Below, piece after piece: positions 51,750 through 64,000 of a stretch of 64,000 bases of DNA. The position numbers and the translations under genes were made by a program. The notes below the pieces were generated by a model. That model worked only from the letters and a program-made list of their open reading frames with translations, did not search any database and was not told the origin of the DNA. This DNA is from the human T2T-CHM13v2.0 reference genome, Homo sapiens: positions 17,280,001 through 17,344,000 of the forward strand of contig CP068257.2 in the NCBI GenBank assembly GCA_009914755.4. Direction: 5' to 3'. Numbering within the stretch: the first letter of the stretch is position 1; each line of letters opens with the position of its first letter.

Positions 51750-54700
51750 TATAGAAAACAACAGCAGCCCAATGGAAGACCAGTCTGACTGTTAAAAGAA
51801 AAACAAACAAATAGAAAACAGCAACAACAACAAAAAGGACCCCACAAAAACCCCATTCAGAGGTCAGCAACCTCAAAGAATGAAGGCAGATAAGCCCACA
51901 AAGATGAGAAAGGATCAATGCAACAATGCAGAAAACTCATAAGGCAATGATGCAGAAAACTCAAAAAGCAGCAATGTAGAAAACTCGAAGAGCTCCCCCA
52001 AATGACTGCAACACCTCTCCAGCAAGGGCATAAAACCAAGCTGAGGCTGAAATGGCTGAATTGACAAAAGTAGGCTCCATAATATGAGTAATAATGAACT
52101 TTGCTGAGCTAAAGGAACATGTTGTAACCCAATGAAAAGAAGCTAAAAATCATGATAAACAATAGGGGAACTGATAGCCAAAATAGCCAGTTTAGAGAGA
52201 AACCCAGCTGAGCTATTAGAGCTGAAAAAACACAACAAAAGAACTTCACAATGCAATCACAAGTATCAATAGCAGAATAAACCAAGTGGAAGAAAGAAAC
52301 TGAGTTTGAAGACTATCTTTCTGAAATAAGACTGGCAGACAAAAATAGAGAAAAAAGAATGAAAAGGAATGAACAAAACTTCCAAGAAATATGGGACTAT
52401 GTAAAGAGACCAAACCTACGACTGATTGGGGTACCTGAAAGAGATGGGGAGAATGGAACCAATTGGAAAATATACTTCAGGATACCATCCAGGAGAACTT
52501 CCCCAACCTAGCAAGACTGGCCAACATTCAAATTCAGAAACTGCTGAGAACCCCCAGTAAGATACTCCACAAAAACATCAACCCCAAGACACACAATTAT
52601 TAGATTCTCCAAAGTCAAAATGACAGAAAAAACAAAAACAAAAAAAACATTAAGGGCAGCCAGAGAGAAAGACCAGGTCACCTACAAAGGGAAGCCCATC
52701 AGACTCACAGCAGACCTCTCAGCAGAAACCCTGCAAGCCAGAAAAGATTGGGGGCCAATATTCGACATTCTTAAAGAAAAGAATTTCCAATCCAGAATTT
52801 CATATCCAGCCAAACCGAGCTTCATAAGCAAGAGAGAAATAATATCCTTTTCAGACAAGCAAATCCTGAGGGAATTCATCACCACCAGGCCTGCCTTGCA
52901 AGAGCTCTGAAGGAAGGACTAAATATGGAAAGGATAAACCATTACGAGCCACTAAAAAAGCACACTGAAGTACACAGATCAGTGAAACTATGAAGCATCC
53001 ATATAACCAGCTAGCATCATGATGACAGGATCAAATCACACAGATCAACATTACCCTTAAATGTAAGTGGGTAAATGCCCCAATTAAAAGACACAAATGG
53101 CAAGCTGGATAAAGAGTCAAGATCCATTGGTGTGCTGTCTTTAGGAGACCCATCTCACATGCAAAGACACACATAGGCTCAAAATGGAGGGATAGCGAAA
53201 ATTTACCAAGCAAATAGAAAACAGAAGAAAAGCAGGGTTTGCAATCCTAGTTTCTGACAATCAGACTTTAAAGACAAAGCCCACATGATTGTCTCAATAG
53301 ATGCAGAAAAAGCCTTGGAGAAAATTCAACATCCCTTCATGTTAAAAACTCTCAATAAACTAGGTATTAAAGATACATAACTTAAAATAATAAGAGCCAT
53401 ATATGACAAACCCACAGGCAATATCATACTGAATGGCAAAAGCTGGAAGCATTTCCCTTGAAAAGCAGCACAAGACAAGGATGACTTCTCCCACCACTCT
53501 TATTCAACATAGAATTGGAAATTCTGGATGGGGTAATCAGGCAAAAGAAAGAAATAAAGCGTATTCAGATAGAAAGAGAGGAAGTCAAATTATCTTTGTT
53601 TGCAGACAACATGATCCTATATCTAGAAAATTTCAAAGTCTCAGCCCTAAAGCTTCTTCAACTGATAAGCAGCTTTAGCAAAGTCTCAGGTTAGAAAATC
53701 AATGTGCAAAAAACAAATCATGAATGAACTCCCATTCACAATTGTTGCAAAAAGAATAAATACCTACAAATACAGCTAACAACAAAAGTGAAGGACCTCT
53801 TCAATGAGATCTACAAACCACTGCTTAAAGAAATCAGAGAAAATAGAAACAAATGAGAAACATTACATGCTCATGGATAGGAAGAATAAATATTGTGAAC
53901 ATGGCCATACAGTCCAAAGCAATTTATAGATTCAATGCTATTCTCATTAAGTTGCCATTGACATTCTTCACAGAATTAGAAAGAGTATTTTAAAATTCAT
54001 GTGGAATCAAAAAAGAGCCCACATAGCAAAGAAAATCCTAAGCAAAAAGAACAAAGCTAGAGGCATCATGCTGCCCAACTTCAAACAGTACTACAAGGCT
54101 GCAGTAACCAAAACAGCATGATACTGGTACAAAAACAGACATATAAACCAATGGAACACTATAGAGAATTCAGAAATAAGGCTGCACACCTAAAACCATC
54201 TGATCTTTGACAGACCTGGCCAAAACAAGCTATGGGGAATGGATTCCCTATTTAATAAATGATGTTGGGACAACTGGTTAGTCATATGCAGAAAATTGAA
54301 ATTGGACCCCTTCATAGCATAGACAAAAATTAACTCAAGATGGATTAAAGACTTAAATGTAATACCTAAAACTAGGAAAACCCTAGAAGAAAATCTGGGC
54401 AATACCATTCAGGACATAGGCATGGGCAAAAATTTCATTATGAAAATGTAAAAGCAATTGCAGCGAAAGCAAAAATAGATAAATGAGATCTAATGAAACT
54501 AAAGAACTTCTGCACAGCATAAGAAACTATCATCAGAGTGAATGACATCCTGCAGAGTGGGAGAAAATTTTTTGCAATCTATCCATCTGACAAAGATCTA
54601 ATATCCAGAGTCTACAAGGAACTTAAGCAAATTTAAAGAAAAAAAACTCATTAAAAAGTGGGCAAAGGACATGAACAGACACTTCTCAAAAGAAGACATA

Positions 54701-55497
54701 CATGTGGCTAATGAACATATATAAAAAGCTTAACATCACTGATCATTAGAGAAATGCAAATCAAAACCACAGTGAGGTACCATCTCACACCAGTCCGAAT
54801 GGTGAGTATTAAAAAGTCAAGAAACAACAGATGCAGGTGAGGCTGTGGAGAAATAGGAACACTTTTACACTGTTGGTGGGAATATAAATTAGTGCAACCG
54901 TTGTGTTAGACAGTGTGGCAATTCCTCCTAGACCTAGAACAGAAATATCATTTGATGCAGTAATGCCATAACTGGGTGTATACCCAAAGGAACATAAAGT
55001 GTAGTATTATATTATATTTATATTATAAAGATGCATGCACATGTATACTTATTGCAGCACTATTCACAATACAAAAGATACAGAATCAACCTAAGTGCCC
55101 AAAGTGCGGTATAAATACACCATGGAACATAATGCAGCCATTAAAAGGAATAAGATCATGTCCTTTGCGGGAACATGGATGGAGTTGTAGGCCATTATCT
55201 TCAGCAAACTAATGCAGGAACAGAAAACCAAACACCGCATGTTCTCACTTATAAGTGGGAGCTGAATGATGAGAATGCTTGGACACAGAGAGGAGAACAA
55301 CACACAGTGGGTCTCGTTGAAGGGGAGGCGTGGGGGAAGGAAGAGCATCAGGGAGAATAGCTAATGGACTCTGGGCTTAATACCTAGGCGATGGGATAAT
55401 TTGTGCAGCAAACCAACATGGCACACATTTACCTATGTAACAAATCTGCACATCCTGTACATGTATCCCTGAACTTAAAATAAAATTGAAGAAAAAA
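51750..55497 (+). mobile_element. L1 element (L1PB/L1PA-like), 5'-truncated inside ORF1, with an internal deletion of about 1.2 kb in ORF2. Both ORFs are degraded.
   Basis: The ORF1 remnant includes gaaaaaagaatgaaaaggaatgaacaaaacttccaagaaatatgggactatgtaaagagaccaaacctacgactgattggggtacctgaaagagatggggagaatggaaccaa and ...ttaagggcagccagagagaaagaccaggtcacctacaaagggaagcccatcagactcacagcagacctctcagcagaaaccctgcaagccagaaaagattgggggccaatattcgacattcttaaagaaaagaatttccaatccagaatttcatatccagccaaaccgagcttcataagc. The ORF2 ATG is at about 53022 (atgacaggatcaaatcacacagatcaacattacccttaaatgtaagtgggtaaatgccccaattaaaagacacaaatggcaagctggataaagagtc). At about 53273 (cagactttaaag|acaaagcccacatgattgtctcaatagatgcagaaaaagcc) the sequence jumps from the ORF2 EN region to the RT region. 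It then runs collinear through agagcccacatagcaaagaaaatcctaagcaaaaagaacaaagctagaggcatcatgctgcccaacttc ... ccaaacaccgcatgttctcacttataagtgggagctgaatgatgagaatgcttggacacag ... to the 3' end ...tacatgtatccctgaacttaaaataaaattgaagaaaaaag. Confidence 0.9.
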
Positions 55498-56770
55498 GAG
55501 AAGCCTTGGAAGTAGAAGAATCATAGTCTCCAACTAAGCTTGTTTAATTAATGTCACTTTTCAAACCCCATGCATGTATGAATGTATGGTATAATATTAA
55601 AGAAACCAAGCAGTAATGAAGGCTAAGAAATGTCATTCCTAGCACTTCCTCCAGAAAATATGGAGTAGACACACCACAAAGGGTTGGAAAAAAACAAGGA
55701 ATGAGAATTAGGAGGACAAACAAAGTCTTCTATGGTGAATGAGTAAAGAAAAACAAAATTTCAAAAGTCGCTCAAATCATAAAGTTCTAAGAAGAAAAGA
55801 TGAAAACATGAGTGTAGCAGAGACTGCTAGTTTTAGCCCAATATCCATTCATTTTTGCCAGTGAAACTCTGTGAATTTTAGATGGACTTGTGACCACCTT
55901 TCGGGATACTGTATTTTTTGAATTGCCTCAAAGGACAATGTGACCATGTGACTGTATTTTGGTCAACAGTAGAGGGATAGAATATGTTATTGCAAAGAGG
56001 CTTTTCTTCACCTTCTCGCAGGCTGGAACATGAACACAGAGAGGTGATCCAGATTTGATCACCTGAATGAAGACAACAGCAAGGAAATGGTAGGATAATA
56101 AATAAGGAGAAATCTAGCTTTATGGACAACTTCATAAAGCTGACCCTGGAACATTGACTACCTCTGAACTTACATGAGGGAGAGAAATGTTTATCTTTTA
56201 TAAACCTATTACTTTTTTGATTTCTACATTAAAGAAACTTAGTCTATCCTAAGTAAAGCAAGAAATATTCTGTAAATCACTTTGGAGAAGAATTTCCAAA
56301 AGGAAAGGTAATCTACAATGTCAAATTCTACAAAATGTATATTAAGATAATAATCACAATATATCCATTGCACATGGCAATCAACAAATAATAACTAATA
56401 ATGTTATAAAATGAAGCCGAAATTGACTGATGTATGAAAAATTCACATGAGCAGCAATTGACGAGTGCACAGGAAGTGTGAATTCCAGATTCTCTGGGCT
56501 GATCTGTCCATTCTTGTAGGTCATTTCTAGGCATAGGAGAACTCGGTTGTGACAGGGGTCTGTTTTTTAAAAAATGGCTCAAATTACTTTTAGTTATAAT
56601 TTTATTGTCTGTTATATTAATAGCAAGATATATACTCTACATATACAACCTGTTTCTTTATTTACATAAGCTTCTTTTTAAAAATAGAAGAATAAGAGGT
56701 TATCTTCACTTTCATCACCTTGACTAGAACCATCCAAGCAGGTAATCGTACTTTCATATAAAACAGTTTT

Positions 56771-57060
56771 GGGCCATGCCCAGTGGCTCACACGTGTAAT
56801 CTCAGCACTATGGGGGGCTGAGAGGCAGGTGGATCACTTGAGCCCAAGAGTTCTAAACCAGCCTGGGCAACATAGTCTCTACAAAAAATACAAAAATTAA
56901 CTGGGTGTGGTGGCACATGCCTGTAGTCCCAGCTACTTGGAAGTCCAAAGTAGGAGGATGCTTGAGCCCAGGAGCTCAAGGTTGCTGTGAGCTGTGATCA
57001 CACCACTGCACTCCAGCCTGGGTGACAGAGGGAGACCCTGACTAAAAAATAATAATAATA
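56771..57060 (+). mobile_element. Alu, older AluJ-like, plus strand
   Basis: gggccatgcccagtggctcacacgtgtaatctcagcactatggggggctgagaggcaggtggatcacttgagcccaagagttctaaaccagcctgggcaacatagtctctacaaaaaatacaaaaattaactgggtgtggtggcacatgcctgtagtcccagctacttggaagtccaaagtaggaggatgcttgagcccaggagctcaaggttgctgtgagctgtgatcacaccactgcactccagcctgggtgacagagggagaccctgactaaaaaataataataataa. Confidence 0.9.
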
Positions 57061-60000
57061 ACAGCTTTGAACTCTAATAATAATAACAGCTTTGAATTCC
57101 AATAGATGTGGCATTTAATCCTCTGTCACTTAATAGTGCTATGAAACTGGTGAAAATACTTCTGTGTCTACATGTGTAAAGTGCCAATAGCAATAGTGAA
57201 ATCATATCATTGTAATAAATTCAATAATTAATAATAAAATTGAATAATTTATTAAGTTATTCACACATGAATAATAATACATACACCTGGAAATATGTAA
57301 GCAATTAGCAAAGTACTTGGTCTTTGATAAGTTTTTAAATTATTATGTTTGTAATTATAATCATGGTTACAAACAGCACAATCATCATGAGAATGACTGA
57401 TATGCATGTTTCAAAATGTTCTAAATAAGAATTTTAGGTGAGACTACAAATATGTTACTAAGCTGCTATTTACTCAGTATCTTACCATTTGTGCAATAAT
57501 AGATCCTAAAAATTAGAGGGTCAATCCTATATTTCAATACTATTGAAGATTTCTCCCATTAATATTCAAAATTTGATAACATTATGTAGGACAGATGTAA
57601 ACATATTCATGATGAAGTTTTGTCTGAATCGATTTTTACTGATGATTCAACATCAAAATAGTTTTAGGAGCTATTTCACTGCACCAAAGTGATTTTATTG
57701 TTCTATAATCAAAGCTATAATTGTAGACTCACGGAATTCTAAATGGTTCGCAATGTATTTCACGTGAATGAATCGTGAAGGTCTGTTTCTCAAGGCATGG
57801 GGATGTGATTTTTGGGATTGTGTTTGTTTACTGTAGTGACCATGTGTTAACTGTCATTTGGCAGGCACAGACCTAAGTTCCATTTTTATTTTATTTTCAT
57901 GACAAACCTATGAAAACACATTGTTTTACATTAGAAAACTTAGAATGTTGAGGTTATTCTAAGATTTCAATGAGTTCAATGTTGGCATCTAGGGCATGTA
58001 CTCTTGCCACTTATGTTTTATTACCTCTCTGAATAGTTGTGTCTTAATTGATGTACTCTGTTGCCATTTACATTAATCCCATGACTCAATGGTGAGCAGA
58101 ATGAGAAAAGACTAGAAAAATCAACTCATCATTCCTTTTAAGAAATTTGTTAACTGTTTTATTTATTTTTGTTAAGCTCCTGTGGTTGGACAGTACAATT
58201 AGTTACTTAATATTTTATTTTCTCCTCTACAAAATTAATCTTTTTAATAACTACCCTCTTTTGACTAGTTACTTCTATTCCCAAAACAAAATGTATTCAC
58301 TAAGTTCCTATGTTCTTGTCAAAGAAAACGTCAGACGTTTCTGAAGAAGTGATTGGGGAATCAGGGTGGGAGGAAAAACGTATTCCTGACAGTATAAGAA
58401 ATATGTTTGCATTCCAGTAAATTATTTTTAGGTATATTTTGATATCACTTTGTTCTGTAACCTACTTTTATCTTTTTCTAGCCAAGAACACACTGATGCC
58501 AAAATATTATTATAAGTCGAACCATATTCTAATTTAACTTTTTTGAAAAAAAATGATAATATATGCAAAATGAGACTTAGAGTTGTCTTAACATCACTGA
58601 TTTTTGGAATTCTAATAGTCGTGAATAAGAGACATTCATGTCATTTGATAAAATAATTAAAGTATAAATTTAAGGTATAACAATTAAAGTATGAATTTAA
58701 GCCAGTATTATATTCCATAATCCTGAAAATATATTGGTTACCTCATAATGGCATAATGTTTATTTCCAGTAGTGGCTAGCAAAAGGCTATTCACTGACCA
58801 AAACTAAATGTTTAAACAGAAAACATACATTTGCTAAAGACTTTTTAGTACTAATTGTTGTAATAAGTTGCATTATATACTTCCTCCTAATATGTTAACC
58901 ATTATTCATAGAAGGAATTTATAAGAATGGATAATAGTTAAAGGGGCAAATAAATGACACTTTTTTATAGAAGAAACATATACATTTAAATCCACATATT
59001 TATACTATATAGTGTAAATTTTCCCAGTGAAAATTATGTATCTATGGGTGTTTTGTTATGTATGTTTTATTCAATGTAACATTAAAGTTATTGCCCCCCA
59101 AAATCCTTCAAAACGGTTAGAGTTTCAATGGTATGGGAAAAGTAATGAAAACATTATTTTCATTATTGTTACATTGCTGTCATTGTTACTACTAAAAACA
59201 GCATCTATAAAATAAAATATGGTGTTCCTGTAGGCTTGCCATGTTCCAAGCTTTCTCTCTTTTTCTGTACTCAGGTGGGGCCCCAAATTCTCTGGAACCA
59301 TATTATACATTACTGTTTTGCAGAGGTTTGCAAGTTCTTAAGAACTTCAGAGAAAGCCATTTGGGGAAAAAGAGGCATTTCAAATAAGTGGGACTCCAGC
59401 TTTCCTATTCTTATAGTTATGTGCTGAACCGGACTGGAATTGAAGTCTGCTCCAAAATATTGTAAAAGACCATGCTTATTAAAGGGATCTTACTGCCAAA
59501 GAAAAAGTAGTTCAGAAAGCTAAGAAAGCTAAAGTTCAGGTTTTAACATCATAAAAATTAAATGGTATATGTTACTAGGTGGTACAGTTATATTTCTAAA
59601 CTCATTGTCTAATTATTTTCTATCTAAGGATGCCAGATGATAAATATATCTATACTGTTCTATTTTATGAATATAAAATGATTTTATAAAATTAGAAAAA
59701 TCCAAAATTTGACCTGAGAGTTACATTGTTTCTTAATTATAATGTATAACTTTCAATACAAATAATTTTTAATTAAAAACTTCCTACTTATTTTCAGTAG
59801 AAATGAGCAAAATACCAGAGCCATGTGTGGCTAAAGAACTTTCTTTTTATTCTTTTGGTAGTTTATTTTTTCTAGGTATCCTAATGTCAGTTGATTTTTA
59901 GGTTAGATAGTACTATGTGTCAAACACATTTCTTCTTTATTTTCAACATGTATTTACACTATATTTTCTAGCCTTCTATGCAGTTAAATGTGGCTGGCTT

Positions 60001-60384
60001 TATGTTTGAGTTCTAGTTCAGTGAATAAAGAGAACACTTTTTCGAGGCTTCTATCTTTGAAATATTTCTCATCTGATTGCTAATATCTTTATTTTACCAT
60101 GTTAATGCATTAACAAATGATGTATTTGAAAGATGAATGGTAAAGATGAAGACCCAAAATGGCCCCAAATCATCACTTGCAGAAGACTTGTAGAAATCAG
60201 CCTAAAACCACTGAGTGGCAGCTAGTGTATGTTAATCCTTAACTAAGTTAGAAACATGTTCCTTGAAGTAAGATCCTGCCATTAAAAGTGGGCAGGTGCA
60301 TACCTAAATGATAAGAACATAAATAACCCATCCAACTAGTAAGTGAGTGCAAATTGATATTAGATGCTAAAAATGGGAAAAACC

Positions 60385-60792
<408 letters not shown>

Positions 60793-63700
60793 TTATTTAT
60801 TTATTTTTATTAGAAAGCTATAGCAAGAAAAAGAGAATCCCAGATCTACGGAGATTTACCTGATCTTCTGGTTTCAGTAAAACACAGAAAATCTTCTCTT
60901 CAAAAAAAAGGAACATGGGAAAACAAAAGTAATAAAATGGAGGAGGATTTCCATTTTCACCAATGGCAAAATTCAGATTCACTCATTTTATTATTTCTGG
61001 AATTAGAATGCACCTATTAATTTCTACTGGCCATATGGCAACAGTGAAATGGCTATTGCTACCCATTTATACACATATAAACTTGCAGATTCGGTTCTGT
61101 GGCCTGAATTTGCAGAAGACATGATTTGAACATTCTTAAAACATGCTATGTCACCGACACTTTTGATGACGCAGATCCCAATATTGCATGAAAGAACATG
61201 GAGATAAAAAATTGACTTGAAATTCAGAAGAGTCAGTTTCTAATTTTGAATTAGTCTCAGGAATAATTTAACCAATTTACTTTACTCATATATTCTTTTT
61301 ATTATGCACAAGTATTATGTTTTATGTAAATTTGTATCTAAATAAGTCAAACATAATTCTTTCAAGAAACATAAAATAAAATAAGTTATAAGAAAGCATA
61401 AGTCATGCATTTTTTCCTTAGTAGTACATAAAATAATAGTGTCTTAAAGCAGATGATATTTTTTATTCTAAGGATGCAATAAATGCTAGGAAGAACTTTA
61501 GGTATAGTTATTGGCACATTAAATTAAATAAAATAATACAGATCAGAAGAAGGGCAAATTTATAGGGAATAACATTCCCATCAAAACAATGTACCCAAGA
61601 TAATAAACATTTCACTCTTTAAGGCTTAAAATATCTCTTTTTACTTCTAAATTTGCCACAAAACATAAAAGAGGATGTGAATGTTGTACTATCCAAATGG
61701 GGCATCGCTGCAACTCTAAACACATGTATAAATATGAAATTACTAGCCAAAGAGGAAACTGTCCAGGGGTGTCTGAAAACAAGGGACCACGTAGTATTTC
61801 CCAGAGAGTAATAATAGGGTTAATTACAGGACTTTGTCCACTTGCAGGGCTGAGAAAACTTTCCATGTTGACTTGTCAGGATATTATGATTTCTCTGAAT
61901 CACTGATTACTATATGCCTTCTTCTCTTCCCATTCTTTGGGGATAGGTATCCTGTCCTCAAATTAGTTTTGTATATTTATTGAGAGAAGATAAAACTTGA
62001 CAGACTTCAAAGGACAATGGTTCATGAATATTACATCTTAATGGAGAGAACTGAGGATTACCTAGGATAATAGACTCTGCTTGGTAAGATGTTGGGTCCT
62101 CTGTGTTAGTGATAATTGCTGAATGGCTCTACGTATGAGAAGAAGGTTGGCATAAATAATTAGAAAAGAGGGAGTGTGGCAGAGGTTTCTTTGAGTTCAC
62201 AAAACATTTTTTTCTTGGACACAGATCTGGACTACATCTTTAAGTTCTTTTGTAGTTGGCCATGTGACAGTTTTTGCCAGTGGGGTATGTGCAGAGGGTG
62301 TATGTCATCTTCAGGCCTAGACCATTACCATTTCTGTAAATTGTTCTCCATGTTTTCTCCTTTCTATACAATTAATGCAGGAAAACATGCCGAGTTTGGA
62401 GGGTATCTATAGAAATTTGCAAAATCCTAAGTTCAAAGGTGCCTAGGTCATTACATCATAGCTTACAGGAAAGTTACACGTTGATCAGAAACACTCATTT
62501 TAAATAAATTAAAAGAACAGATCCTACTATGTGAAGCCAGTGAGGTTGAATTTTTTTCTCTTATAACAATGTTTTATCTTAAGAGATTCAGTCTTCATTA
62601 TAATAATCCAGAATATCTATTCCTTGAAGCAGACACGAAATCTCTGATGGCAAACAAACTTATGTCCCCTTTGTCTATTATCAGAAAACAATCCAATTAG
62701 AAATCAGACAAAGGATTTAAACAAACACTTCATCAAAATAGATGTAGGGATAGTTCTATGATTCAAATAATGGTGTTCCCCCCAAAATTCCTGTTGAAGT
62801 TTTAACTCTGATATAACATTATTAAAAATGTGGCCTTTGGGAAGTCATTAAGGCATAAGGATTCTGCCCTCATGAATGAAATTAGTACCCATATAAAAGG
62901 TAGCAATTGTTGTTGAGGATGTGGAAAAACTGCATGCTTCATACATGGCTGGCCAGATTGTAAAATGGTTCAATCACTCTGGAAATTAGTCTTAAACTTT
63001 CTTAAACTGTTACACTTACTCAGCAATTGAAACTGCCTTTGCAAATTCATTACAGTACAAAATCTGACATAGTTGTGAAGCCTGAACATCTGAGACAGTT
63101 CTCAGTTAATTTAGAAAGTTTATTTTGCCAAGGTTGAGGACGTACACCTGAGACACAGCCTCAGGAGCTCCTGACGACATGTGACCAAGGTGGTCAGAGG
63201 ATGGCTTGGTTTCACACATTTTAGGGAGACGGGAGACGTCAATCAACATATGTTAGATGAACATTGGTTAGGTCCGGAAAGGTGGGACAACTTGAAGCAA
63301 AGGCGGAACAACGCAAATCGGGGAGGAGACTCCCAAGTCATTGGTATATAAGAGACAAATGATTGCGTTCTTTTGAGTTTCAGATTAGCCTCTCCAAATC
63401 AGATATGCATTCATCTCAGTGAGCAGAGGGGTGACTTTGAATAGAATGGGAGGCAGATTTGCCTTAAACAGTTCCCAGCTTGACTTTTCCCTTTAGCTTA
63501 GTGATTTTAGGGCCCTGAGATTTATTTTCCTTTCGCATAGTTAACTCCATCTTGCTTCCAACCTCCAAGCTGTTGTTGGCCACTCTTGAGCATAGGCAAA
63601 TTTATCTTTGGGAGGAATTTACTTTATAGTTTAATTTGAAAGCAAGGATGATAATAATCCATCTCTATAGCTGATCCTCTCCTTGTTTGGGGACTGAAAC

Positions 63701-64000
63701 GGCCTTTGTAAGATTAATGAAAGGCCACAAGAATGGGATTATGGGAGTGGTTTGAACTCTACCAAGACATAGTTTCTGCACACTTTTTCTGCTCAGGAGT
63801 TACGTGGCCAGAGGTCAAAGATGGGCATAGATTTTGTAATTTATTACCTTTCATGGGGTATGTGGCCAGAGGTCAAAGATGTGTGCCTTTCCCATTTGTT
63901 CCTATAGATAACATCACTATTGAGGAACCTAACATGAGTTTATTTGAGATGATTTTCAGGCTAACCTCAGCATGACTTGTGACTCATGACTCAACTGATC

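Noticed and set aside
52620-52910. 96-aa ORF MTEKTKTKKTLRAAREKDQVTYKGKPIRLTADLSAETLQARKDWGPIFDILKEKNFQSRISYPAKPSFISKREIISFSDKQILREFITTRPALQEL
   Set aside because: It is the C-terminal portion of L1 ORF1p inside the 5'-truncated L1 at 51750-55497. It is not a cellular gene.

Overview
This window is primate (almost certainly human) nuclear DNA, not a prokaryotic or viral locus. It is AT-rich, has no CpG island, and carries only about 9 Alu copies in 64 kb, which is sparse. Its recognisable content is interspersed repeats. There are eight full or 5'-truncated Alus, one shorter left-monomer Alu fragment, three L1 elements (two of them rearranged), two MLT1-type MaLR LTRs, and three copies of an older MaLR-like LTR family that I cannot name with certainty. 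There is also a palindromic hAT-like DNA transposon with an 8-bp target-site duplication (TSD), a possible mariner transposase relic, a possible ERV1-type solo LTR, several microsatellites, and two short diverged tandem arrays. I found no convincing protein-coding exon, tRNA, rRNA, CRISPR array or operon-like structure. Every ORF in the six-frame track is either inside a repeat (L1 ORF1/ORF2 remnants, Alu, MLT1) or short, low-complexity and AT-rich. The 171-aa ORF at 31816-32331 is the exception in length, but it has no recognisable domain. On that basis I do not find a previously undescribed biological system here. What is worth a second look is structural: a textbook twin-priming L1, an L1 with an internal deletion between short direct repeats, nested transposon insertions with clean TSDs, an inverted Alu pair about 700 bp apart, and H-DNA-prone polypurine/polypyrimidine tracts. 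All coordinates were counted by eye and are approximate to about 10 bp.
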